From: Selaginella moellendorffii
Taxonomy: Eukaryota > Plantae > Lycopodiophyta
Direction of reading: 5' to 3'
NCBI RefSeq assembly: GCF_000143415.4
Contig: NW_003314269.1
Coordinates: 2,969,060 to 3,033,059, forward strand
Length of the DNA stretch: 64,000 nt
The translations under genes were made by a program, and so were the position numbers. The notes beneath the pieces were generated by a model. The model was not told the DNA's origin. It did not search any database and was given only the letters and a program-made list of their open reading frames with translations. Positions 34,001 through 45,468 of the stretch are shown one piece after another (position 1 is the stretch's first letter; each line of letters opens with the position of its first letter).

Positions 34001-37000
34001 GGGATTTTCTTAACTGTATCTCCCATGGTGAAAATTCACAACGCTACGGGTTTGGTGCTTCAGCTACGATGTCGTCGGCCGAAGCAAGGCGAAGGTGGAG
34101 CGATAGTAAGCCTTAAAGATGGAGATATCATTGACGATTCCATGGGTGCATTTGATGCGCTAAATCTGGAAGGGGAGATGAAAAAAGCTTTGTTGTCGTT
34201 TAATGTTGGTAAGTGCCACTGCAATTCTTATTGTCTATGTTAGTGAGAGTTTTTGCAGGTAATTTTCTGTTGTCTATAAGACCAGAGAGTGTCGCAGATG
34301 GAACAACGTATGACTGGTCAGAAGACGTCAAAGGAGCCAAAGCTGTACGAGTTTCGGGACTGTTCGACAAGCTGCAATATAATTTCAAGAAGACTCTCAA
34401 AAGCAAAAGCCTGGAGTCATCCTTCGGCTCTGTATTTTGCAAAGCTGTCAATGCTTCTGGTACCAGCACGGCAGGAGTAAACTTCCTGATTCGAACGCTA
34501 AGAAGACAGGTACCGGTGACCAGATTAAGTGGCGATCAACAGCAAAAGCGCTCTCTTATTGCATGGCAAGAGCAACAGGAACTACTGCTCTTGCCGACAC
34601 TGAAAATCTACAATTTTCTATCATCTGGAGTCTACGTCCGGATTAATAGTAAGCACTTCATTGTTGTGATTTCGTCTGACATGTGGTGGTGTAGGTACTA
34701 AAGAAGCTCTTGACGGTAACCCGAACGAAGTCTCAGTTGCTGGGAGAGGTGGGAAATCGCTGCTGTATGCTGACTTGAATGCGTTATTTTTGGTCATCAA
34801 GGTCGATGACCACGGATTTGTCAGCCATCCAATTGACATTAGCTCTGGTCATAAGCGCTTTCAAGAGCTTGCAAAGAAAGGAGGAAGCGTCAAGGATATT
34901 GATATCGAGCTTGCTTTTAAAGATGGCTCACATTTGGCTACATTGAAAGTCTACAGAGCTGAGGATGGCGTCTTGGAGGTTTGAAAACTTCGACGCTTTG
35001 TCTTGAATCTCATCCTTGTCCTTGCAGCTGGTTATTTTTACCAAATATATGTTGCAAAATGATAGTCAAGTTCCGATTCTTGTTTGCGCTGCCAAAGCGC
35101 CCTCTAGATGGTATGTGTAACTTTCTCTCTTCAGCCTTTAACATTTGAGGCAGGCAAGGAAGGCGGGTACAAAATTTACAGTGGCCACCATCTGCGTCGA
35201 CCCATACCTTAATTCCAGGCTCATTCATATCCTGGTTTCCCAAGTATGTTCTGCGTTCATTTTCTCTCACGATACTGAGGCTGTTAATATTCGATAACTC
35301 AGGTCAAGCGATCTTCTGATGAAAAGACAAGAGGAGGGTTCTCAACCATCTTGGATCGACTTGAACGCCCTCTCAGGATCATCAGAATTGAGCTTAGGTG
35401 TACGTACAGAGTACTTACTGGACAAGATTCAGCTGGGAATACGAGTACACGTTCCATCCCAAAAAGATTCTGACCCGTCACATATAGTGAGGCTAGCGGC
35501 AAGATATACCGTGGCAAATGAGTCTACCAAGCCAATATTTGTTTGTCAAGCTGGGCTCGAGGTGCGTGAATTCTGGAAATTGCATTTAACTTTCTACGTT
35601 GAACAGGAAGAGGAGAGCCATTATGTTTCTATCGATCCTATGTGCAACGCAGCTGTTCATGCACAGCAAATGGACGTCTCGGACAAAGAAGAGAAGCCAT
35701 TGGACTGCTCAACATTGTCTTTGCGTTTTCGACTTAAAGACGCAGGATGGCGATGGTCCGGTCGCATATGTGCTGCCTCACTTGGGTCATTTTTCTTAAA
35801 GCTTCGGAGCTCAAGCCCCGGTTTTGTGGAAGACAAGAAGTGGATATTTGCAGTGGTTTATGTGGAAGAGGAAGACTCGTCGCTGATTATTCATTTCCGA
35901 TTGCACTCGAGAGAAGCTGTTCCATATCGCATTGAAAACAGGCTTCATACAAGTTCCATTACGTTTCACCAGAAGGTATGCATGATTATTCTTAGTAGGA
36001 GCATTCTAACTCGTGCCAATGCAGGACATGTCCGAGCCTGATACTCTTCCAGCAATGGCATCTGCGGATTACGTGTGGGACGACTTAAGTTTGCCTCATA
36101 GGCTTGTTGTCTCTATAGCAGGTAACAGATATTTGTGCTTCAGTAGGAGAATGTTCATGTTTTTTCATTGATAGGAACACAAGCGTGCAGCGAAATAAAC
36201 CTTGACAAAGTTAAAGCGTGGAAATCTTTTGCCGCTTCTCATCGTAGCAAAGGTTTCTCGCTGCAGCTTCCATTTCAAGGAAATGCCGGAGGAAATGACC
36301 CTGACGACTTACTAGATATGGGGTATGAAGTGTATGCGGATGGACCAACGCGTGTTCTGCGAGTATGTCAGAAGGTGGACAGCACAAAGAAGAGCTATTG
36401 GGAATCAGAGTTGAGCATTCCACGTTGCAAGGTGGAACTGAAAATCCCAACCTTCAAAGTTATCATGTTAGAGGCGTCAAAGCAGGTTTGTCCTTTTTAA
36501 CTAGCGCTCCATGGATAATGCTCTTTTGCAGAGGATCGAAGATTTAACCGCAGAAGAGCTATCTGGCAGCTCTCCTTTTACGCCGTTTTTATGCGCCATT
36601 CTAGCCTCTTCTTCTATTGAAACATTCGTTACATCGGACCATGCTATTTGTCAACTTCGAGTTCAGGTTCGTGTCAGCTTCGAGTTCAGTTGCCACTTTG
36701 GTACATTTTTGTGTAAGCAGAGCCTTGGTGCTGACATGAAATGGCAAGGAGCTCCTTTTGCCGCAATGCTTCGAATTCACGATCACGATCGCCTCAACAG
36801 TACGACGACTGCGCTGCATGCTGCTTTTGTACTTTCGAACTTGGTAGCTAATCCCATCCAAGCGAAATATGCGTCCATATTGATACAGGTAACCCACATC
36901 ACTGGCTATAACTTGTTTATTCACGTAGATATCCAGGCTTTTGACTTGAACATCGACGAGGACACGTTAATGAAGTTCGTGCCTTTCTATCGGACCTCAC

Positions 37001-38664
37001 TCTCTACAACGGGCAGTAGCTTGCAGATCTACTTCGAGAGATTTGAAATACATCCGATCAAGGTCTAATTCACTTAACAGTTTCACATTCAATTTTTTTT
37101 TTGCCTTTCCAGATTGTTGCAAGTTTTGTACCTGGACATCCTCGTGCAGACTATACCTCAGCTCAAGAAACATTTCGTGCATTGCTCCATACCGTCATAA
37201 AGGTTGGTTTTCTTTTTAACCAGGAACTAGTGTTGATCCAGGGTATTGCAGTTGCCATCCGTTCGAGGAGCTACTGTAGAACTGAACGGAGTCCTGCTTT
37301 CTCATGCTCTTTTGACTTTTAAGCAGCTCGTGATGAAGTGTTTTCAGCATTATTCATGGTATGTAACAATATATGGGAAGAATAACCTGGAGATGTTTGT
37401 TTTCAGGTACGCCATGAGAGCCATCTACATTGCAAGAGGGAGCAAACTCCTCCCTCCTGGATTTTCATCACTTTTTGACGACTCTGCAGCTTCTTCTCTT
37501 GATGTGTTTTTCGATCCTGCCAATGGATCAATTGATTTACAGGGACTTACTTTGGGTACGCTACGTTATCTTGATCTTAGATTGCATGTGTAATTGCATA
37601 TTTTGACAGGCATGTTCAATTTACTAAGTAGAGGCTTGAGAAAGAGAGGACAGGGAGGGACCAGCCGCTACCTTGGGGATCTTGAGAATACTGTATGAAA
37701 GCGTGTTTAAAATCAGCCTTGCTTAACCCACAGCTTTCTTTTCAGGTGAAAAAGGCAGGATCCAACATTGTTTTCGCTGTAGTGACGGAGCTATCGGATA
37801 ACGTCCTCAAGGGGGCTGAGACAAACGGCTTCGATGGCATGGTAAACACAAACGCTTCTTTTTAGACACACTTGACATTGTTTCGATGCATGCAGGTTAA
37901 CGGGTTTCGACGCGGGATTCTTAATGTGGCGATGGAGCCACTCGTTCTTCAAAAAGCCGTCATAAAAGGCGGTTCTACAAGACGTATCCAACTAGATCGC
38001 AGCGTTGGCACAGATGAGGTGCCGAAATTTCTATTGAGTATAATGGATTGTGACGGTTTGTTGTTGCTTCCAGGCTTATATTGAAGGATATATTCAAGCA
38101 ATGTTGGACGCGCTTTTCAAACAAGACTATCTCAAAGTAAAGGTCATGGAAGACCTGGTATGCATAGTCATTCCTCTGTTGAGAAAGTAATAGTTTTTGC
38201 AGGTGATACTGAAAAATTTGCCACCGAACAGCATGCTTCTGAACGAGATCGTCGCGTGCGTGAAAAACTTTTTGATCAGTGAAGGCCTTCTTGCTGGAGA
38301 GGCATCCATAGCCGCAGTGAGGTCGATGCGACTTTTGCGTGGAGAAAGTGAAAGAAAAGTTGTGCCCGCCGTTATCTCATTATCCGAGCAGCTGCTGGTG
38401 ATTTTTGCAATCAGAGGCTTAAGACAGTACACAAGAAAGCTGTTGCATCTGCAAGGAGGGTCAGAGAAAGCAGCTTCTGAACCCGCTAAAGCGGTAGTTA
38501 CTCAAGAACCTCCTCAACTGCCAAGACCGAGCTTCAAAAGGACGATAAGCAACTTTTTTATATCAAGCGCAATTGCCTACATCGATGGGAGACTGTGCCG
38601 GCACATACCGAACGAGCTGGGCAGGAGAATTGTGAGCGGCTTCCTGCTCAGTTTTGTGGAATAG
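28008..38664 (+). CDS. VPS13X: VPS13-family bridge-like lipid transfer protein (VPS13X-like), many exons
   Basis: Very long multi-exon CDS; WSGRICAASLG, VPYRIENRL, YVWDDLSLPHRLVV, ADGPTRVLRVC, IYFERFEIHPIK; C-terminus AYIDGRLCRHIPNELGRRIVSGFLLSF. Confidence 0.85.
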
Positions 38665-38778
38665 TACTGAGGTACGTCCATTATTATTTTCGAAAGACAT
38701 CGTGTTCATGTTTGTGTTTGTACAGGAAAACATAAAACTCACACGCTGTTCTAGGGTGTATAGCGGCTTTCGTGTGCA

Positions 38779-41732
38779 ATGTCGCTACTTCGCCTCGACT
38801 CGTATTGTAGTGCTTCTTTTGATTCCGGGCGGAGTACCAAACATGTGAGTAATATTTCTAGTAACGGAGGAACAAGGCGGAGAGCTGAGAAACAGCAGCG
38901 CAAGCATTTGGTACTGGAATCTTATCGCACGCGCTTCACCAAAGCATTAGATGCAGAAATGGTGGGCTTTGTCTGTAAAACTTTCTTATTACAATCACGT
39001 TTTGGCTTAAACTTTCAGAATGAAGAGATGCAGCAGATGAAACAAAGACTTAAAGTATGGCCGAAGAAGAGGCTCCAAGACGAAGGCTACGCGCTTTTCA
39101 ATCTATCGGTGCGTAAGGAGAAGATGCTTTTTAGGTGCGAAAACTCGCGACTTTTTCTTATGACACCCCCGTCAAATGTGTTTCAGGCACCAGATTTTTC
39201 GTTTCTTCCTAGACTTCGGGAGTGGATTTTTACCAAGACACCATCAGTTCAGTCAGGTGCGTCGCCTCAATCAAGTCTGGCTTTAGTTGACTTTTGCGAT
39301 CACAGGGAAACATTGTTACTATTAGCCAGAAAGATCCTTTAGAAGGTGATGAAGATCCTGTAGAGGGCGTGGTTATGGAAAGAGCTCAAAGGTAGACATC
39401 CAAGCCGTCGTGTTGAAACTTACAATATAATACGTTCTTCAGGTTTCTACGAGTTGCAGTTTTGAAGAACGCTGGACAGGATATCAGCTCTCGAGGTCAA
39501 TGGCGCTTAGACATTTCAGCAAACTCGGTGTCTCACGAGCGCTGCGTCTTGGCCGTTGAGCACTTCTCGTCCTACCACATTGAGAGAGGACGACCTCCAG
39601 AAATGGCCAAGAAGAAGGAAATTCCGAGCGCAGTGGAAGCTTTTAGTTGGAACGAGGCTGCCAGTGCTGTCAAAGGCTTGGTAATGGGTGCCGGACAGGT
39701 AGAAATAAGGTCAGAGACACTTTTTGGCACGCTGACCAGCAGCAGCAACGACATTTCTCACGACGTTCATGTAGCAAATGGTTTGCCAAATCGCATCAGT
39801 GGTACCAGGCTGGGGACTTTCAAAGGCTCGTACCGGAAACTTCTCAAGGAGACAGGTCTCAACACCAGCCAGAAAGCCGCAGTCGAAGCTGCCTTGTGCC
39901 GAAAAGTTACGTTGTGGCAAGGGCCTCCAGGAACAGGGAAAACCAAAACTCTGGTCCAGTTTGTCAGGATTCACTGTCGATCTGGACAAGGCAAAGTTCT
40001 TGCTTGCGCCGACAGGTGCGTCCTATGCTTATGATTCCTATTTAATTTTTTAATTTTTGATTCTTACATACGCGTTACAGTAACATTGCGGTTGACAACC
40101 TGCTCGAAGGTCTCTTGTCTGAAGGCTTAGTGGCTGTAAGAATTGGCCAACCCGTTAAGGTGATGAGCATTCTTTAGTTCTTGCATAACAAGTTCTAAAG
40201 TCGAACTTAGGTGAAAGAGGAGCTGAGAGCTGTCACTCTTGAAGCACGGGTATCTGTGCATCCGCTTCTGAAGAGAGCTATTGAAATCAAACAAATGGCG
40301 AAAACTCGGAGGCAAAATAAAAACAAAGACACCCCTGGTTCCTTGTGGGAGGAAGCAACTGAGTTGGAAGGTCGAGCTTGTCGAGAAGTCATCTCCAGGT
40401 TTGTGAATTTTGGCCATTCTCGTCAGGAACTAAGCTTGTTCTTCTGAATAGAGCTGACGTAGTAGCAGCAACATGTATCGGTGCAGGTGATCCAGTCCTG
40501 GATGGCCTGCGATTTACTGCATGCGTCATCGATGAAGCAACCCAGGTGCGTTGTGAAAGAATTACATTTCAATGGTTTTACGTTTATATTCTTACACAGG
40601 CAACGGAACCGGCAACGCTCATTCCACTGTTGAAAAGTGGCGCTGATTGTTTCGTTTTGGTTGGAGATCCTGCACAGCTTCCTCCTACTGTTGTCTCGAA
40701 GGAGGCCGTCGAGGTGATTCGCGCGTTTGTTCCAAGACTGCTCTAAACTTGATTATCTTTACAGTGTGGCCTTGAAGTCAGTTTGTTCGAGCATTTGCAA
40801 GCTTGTGGACTGAGCCCAATGTTGCTTGACACTCAATACAGGCAAGCGTCGTGTTTTCTATAATTTCAACCAAACTGATATTCAAGTCTCGCACAGAATG
40901 CATCCTGTACTGGCTAGATTCTCGTCAAGGAATTTCTACGAAGGGAAGCTTTTCTCACAACCATTACCTGCTGAGCGCATGGCACCCAAAGGGTAAGATG
41001 GCTTGTGCTTCTTGACATTTGTCTGCTCTTCTTGACAACGTTGATAATATGTATAGCTACGACTGGCCGAATGTGGAGAAACCCTTGGCTTTTGTGAATT
41101 GTTCTAATGGCAAGGAGCTTATGCGGCATGATAGTTCATGGCAGAATGAAGTAGAGGCACTCCAGGTTTGGCATTCTTGTTGGATGTCTCTATGCTTCTC
41201 TCTCAAAGTGACGATCTTCTAAAGGTGGTGAAGACCGTGAAAGATTTGGTTTCGGGTGGTGATATTGAAGGTGGATGTGCAGGAATTGGAATCATAGCAC
41301 CTTACAGTGCTCAGGTACTAAATAAATTTTTAGATTGGAAAACTTTGGATGTGACAATGAGTGACACCAGGTGAAACTTCTGCAAGACCTGTTTCTTACG
41401 CAGTCAGAGGACTTTAGCAAGCTGGAAATAAAATCCGTGGATGGGTTTCAAGGCAGGGAAAAAGAGGTGATTGACTAGGCGGTCCTCAAAATTTGTTCTC
41501 TGGGCTTACACTCTTGTTTCTCTAGGTGATTGTCTTCTGCACTGTCCGTTCTAACGATCATGGTGCCTTGGGATTTGTTGCAAATCCTCGACGGATGAAC
41601 GTTGCTATAACTCGAGCAAGGCGAGGGCTCGTCGTGGTAGGCAATGCATCGACACTAGAGTCGAGCTGTCACTGGAATCTGTGGCTCAAGGAGATAAGGG
41701 AGCAAGGATTGTTTGCTCCGCACTCTCGTTGA
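38779..41732 (+). CDS. UPF1/DNA2-NAM7-like superfamily 1 helicase, multi-exon
   Basis: LNTSQKAAV, QGPPGTGKT, NIAVDNL, VIDEATQ, VGDPAQLPPTV, QYRMHP (GC-AG intron 40842-40896), SVDGFQGREKE, RRMNVAITRARRGL. Confidence 0.9.
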
Positions 41733-41865
41733 GGTACGTGTTATGCTTCGCAACTTTCAATGCTCAAAGTTTTTATCACATTGCTTGCTTGCTTGTTGAT
41801 TCTAACAGAAAAAAGAATGATTGAAAGAATGAGTGAAAGAATGGTATCAGTCAGTCATAGAAATC

Positions 41866-42948
41866 TCAAAAGTCCCAAAGGCTGTCCTCCGGTAATTCGT
41901 GCCTGACCATTACCTCGTCAGCCTCGTCCGGAAGAGTAGCGAAAAGATTGAGATTGCTACTGTCAGTCACGCTCCAAGTCGTGTCGATGCTGCTGTTGTC
42001 CACCAGCGGTGACGTTCCTGCCAGTGTCGCTTGCAGTTCGTGTGCTCCGATCATTGCATACAGTGAAGCCGATGACTGCCGCTCGTACTTCCTGCGTCTG
42101 ATCTGTATCATCGCATCGTCGTCCGCGTCCTTGCTCACCAAGCTTCCAGTTTCCTGCTGAGCCACCGAGAAAAATCCTTGGAAGCAGGCTGCTGCTGCTA
42201 CCACGTCCGGCGGGAGCGGACTCGGGATGAGCTCCTCCTCCTGAGGAGCGATGCTCATGGAGCTGATGCAATTCTCGAGCATCGACGACGACGACGACTT
42301 TGTGCAGTCGACGACGAGCTCAGGTACTTTCGTCATTGACAGTGAAGTCAGTGGAGGATTTCCTGAACTGACCGTAAACTCCTGGTTGCTGTTGTAGATG
42401 GAAATCGCCTCCAGCATTGCCGGAGTGTGATCGTCGAGCTCCTCCTCTTGGCACGGAGAGAAAGGCGTGCCGGAGGACGCAAAGTTGGTCCTGGAGTCCG
42501 CTCCGCGCAGCAAGCTGGCGGCCTCGTCGTAGGCGCGAGCGGCATCTTCTGCATTATCGTAAGTTCCAAGCCACAGTCGGACTTTCTGAGCGGTGTCTTT
42601 GATTTCAGCAACCCACCTACCGGAAGATCTTTGCCTCACTCCCACGAACTTCTTCCGCCGCTTGGAACTCTGGAAGCTGTCGTCGTTGGTTGCCTCCTCG
42701 TCGGGGCTGGAGACTTGGTAGAGGTGGTGGTCCTGCAGCGGCGGCGGCTGCTGCTGGAGAACTTGGCACTCAAACAGGCGCTTTGATCGACGCTGCTGCC
42801 GCGTTTTCCTCCCGATGTCCAAACGGTAGAAGGGGAAGCTGTCGTCCTCGCTCGACTGCGACTGCGATTGTGGCTGCGGTGGGAAATTCGCGATCTCGGG
42901 TGATGATGATAAGTTGCTGCTCGCCTTGCTGTACTGGTGCGGATCCAT
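41866..42948 (-). CDS. AP2/ERF transcription factor, ERN1/RAP2.11-like, intronless
   Basis: [58 protein letters not shown]; C-terminal [15 protein letters not shown]; start codon uncertain. Confidence 0.9.
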   Translation of the reverse strand: MDPHQYSKASSNLSSSPEIANFPPQPQSQSQSSEDDSFPFYRLDIGRKTRQQRRSKRLFECQVLQQQPPPLQDHHLYQVSSPDEEATNDDSFQSSKRRKKFVGVRQRSSGRWVAEIKDTAQKVRLWLGTYDNAEDAARAYDEAASLLRGADSRTNFASSGTPFSPCQEEELDDHTPAMLEAISIYNSNQEFTVSSGNPPLTSLSMTKVPELVVDCTKSSSSSMLENCISSMSIAPQEEELIPSPLPPDVVAAAACFQGFFSVAQQETGSLVSKDADDDAMIQIRRRKYERQSSASLYAMIGAHELQATLAGTSPLVDNSSIDTTWSVTDSSNLNLFATLPDEADEVMVRHELPEDSLWDF

Positions 42949-43572
42949 GCTAAACTTGTCGATCAGTCTGTGCAGGACGCGAACGTCATACAACGTTGAG
43001 ACGACGCTCACTTTGCGAGAAGGCATCCAGGGAGAGAATCGATCACTCCAGGTACACACGCTAAGTTCTTGCTTGGACAAGCAAGAAAAATCCCTCTTTT
43101 TTTCCTCTCCTGTGAATTCTAAGCTCTCTTGCGTGATTGTGAGCGTGCAGCTGATGATGGACGGAGTGATTGCCTAGTTATAAGCCGCTTCGAAGGATCA
43201 GCCTGCATCATCCACCTGGCGAGTGGCGAGCGATCTCCTGCGAGAAGCGCGTTTCTCTTTTCTCAAAGGTACGTAGTAGACGCATTTGTCACTTATCGCG
43301 TTGGAGTCTTGTAAATGGCAGCTAGGAAATGCAGAAAAATGGCGCTCCTTCTCCGAAGCTCGCGGAATAAATTCTCTCAATATTTTACTTCCCAGGGAGC
43401 GTGACAACTGCAGCCCAAGAACGCGGCAGAATTTTCTTTTGGCTTGTCGCGCCGGTCAAAAAGAGTCAACGGGTATATCCACGAAGATGCGGCCCCGTCA
43501 CTGACGGCCGGCGGGAACCTTCACTGGCCGTCAGCCGTTGACGTTTTTGTTCTGTCGGCGATCGCACTGATC

Positions 43573-45200
43573 ATGTCGGATGCTGTGATCAATGGACTGG
43601 CTGGAGCTGGCGGTGGTCTCGTCGCCCAGCTCCTCACATACCCTCTTCAAGCTGTAAGTAGGTTTCTCCATTTGTACAAGGAAAAAAATGACTTTTTTCT
43701 TCTTCCAGGTGAACACGAGACAACAGCACTGGAAAGAAAAGGCTGCAAATGCACTCGTCCCGGGGATGTTTTCTGGTTTGTGTTTTACATTCTTCGTTTT
43801 TACAACTCTCTTTGGGTCTCTAAACTTTCTGATTTTTTCTCGTCTATTCTTCCAGGTTGTGAGTGATGAAGGCCGGGGAGGACTCATGCCGTAGGTAGAT
43901 TACTTTCGTCAAGTTTACACTGTGGATCCATGGCAAGTTTGGCTTCCAGGGTGTGTATTACTACTTTTACGAGATCTTTCGGAATGCGGCAGAGCTTGCT
44001 GCAGCAGAGAACGGAAGGATGGGTGTTGGCGATGGTTCCGTCGGTATTGTTTCTTTCCTGTGGCAGCCGCTGCTGGGTGAGAATGTTTTCCTTGCTACTA
44101 ACATCATAAATAAAAACTTTTCGCGAATCCGATTTGGGTGATCGTTACAAGAATGCAAGTGGATTTCTCCTTAAAAAGTCATCAAGTTAACATCATAAAT
44201 AAAAACTTTTCGCGAATCCGATTTGGGTGATCGTTACAAGAATGCAAGTGGATTTCTCCTTAAAAAGTCATCAAGTTAACATCATAAATAAAAACTTTTC
44301 GCGAATCCGATTTGGGTGATCGTTACAAGAATGCAAGTGGATTTCTCCTTAAAAAGTCATCAAGTCTATGCTTTTCATTAGACACAAAGGCAAGCGTTGG
44401 AGGTGAACAAGGTGGGCAAAAATGTACTATCCATCGAACATAGGGGAGTATTTTATACTGTAAGCTAACACTGCAACGAGCTTTGTCAACAAGCGCACCA
44501 AACGAATTCTTAATTTCCCTTAAAAACTCATCAAGTCTATGGTATTCTTTAGACACAAAGATTACTATCCAGCCGGGAGTATTTTATACTGTAAGCTACA
44601 AGAAGCGCACCAATTCTCATGACCGAATTCTTAATTTCAGGTCAGCGAAGCAGGGTTCTGGAAAGGAGTTTTGCCAACTTTGATGATGGTAAGCTTTTTC
44701 GTGAAAAGTTGACAGGTAGGTCAGCAATCCGTCCATTCAGTTTATGATCTTTGAGACTTTACTTAAGCAAATTCGTTCCAACCAAGAACAGCAGAGGTGC
44801 TTTTTTTTTCTCTCATTTTCCAGATTTTAGTCTAGGGGTGGCTGAGATTTTATTCGTGAACCACAGATTTTTATTCTTGGAGCCGTGTCGAAACTGGGAC
44901 CTATTCTTGGTCTCTTTTTTTCGCCTCATATCGTTCTTTCAGTCACGGCTCCAAGCGAAACAAGACACCACCAAACACGCAGCCGCGCAAGTATTTAGGC
45001 ACGTCAAACCTTCGTTTACACATGAAACACAGTTTGCGGCACACTAATTTGACTGTGTTCTTTTCTCTTTCCCAGGCACACTGGACGCTGCAGCGAAAAT
45101 GCTTCAGCATGGAGGCATTGGGGAACTTTTACCGAGGCATGAGTATAGCATCGGCGATACTGTTTATGATCAAGGAAGAACTCGTCAAGATAGACCAGCT
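43573..45200 (+). pseudogene. PXN: Peroxisomal NAD+ carrier (mitochondrial carrier family) pseudogene
   Basis: MSDAVINGLAGAGGGLVAQLLTYPLQ|VNTRQQ, GVYYYFYEIFRN, NPIWVIVTRMQ, SNPSIQFMIFETL, SRLQAKQ, ILFMIKEELVK with frameshifts and deletions. Confidence 0.85.
44099..44365. repeat. Three perfect tandem copies of an 89-bp unit
   Basis: Units start at 44099, 44188 and 44277: taacatcataaataaaaacttttcgcgaatccgatttgggtgatcgttacaagaatgcaagtggatttctccttaaaaagtcatcaagt. Confidence 0.97.
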
Positions 45201-45468
45201 TGATTCCGTATCGAGGCTCTCGTTATTCTCCAAAAGTCAGCCCGTGCTTCAGTCTGTAGTTCTTCGATCAGTAACGACCGTTCTTACAGGAGACGCCTTT
45301 GAAACAGCAACCGACAGTCAAACTTCCGTAGTGGTTATCAGCTGCACGGCTCGTTCCTTTTAAAGGGACAGAATCAAGGCCGCAGTGAGAGCACGACCGG
45401 AAGAGCTTATAATCTAGGGGACAGACAGGAAGAGTCTCACCTAGGCAGGGGAAGGCAAAGCTTTTGCG

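Noticed and set aside
38664-38779. VPS13X-helicase fusion protein
   Set aside because: VPS13X ends with its conserved C-terminus and a stop; an in-frame TAG precedes the helicase ATG
44099-44365. Regularly repeated unit suggesting a CRISPR-like array
   Set aside because: Perfect head-to-tail copies with no unique spacers, in a plant genome, derived from PXN exon/intron sequence
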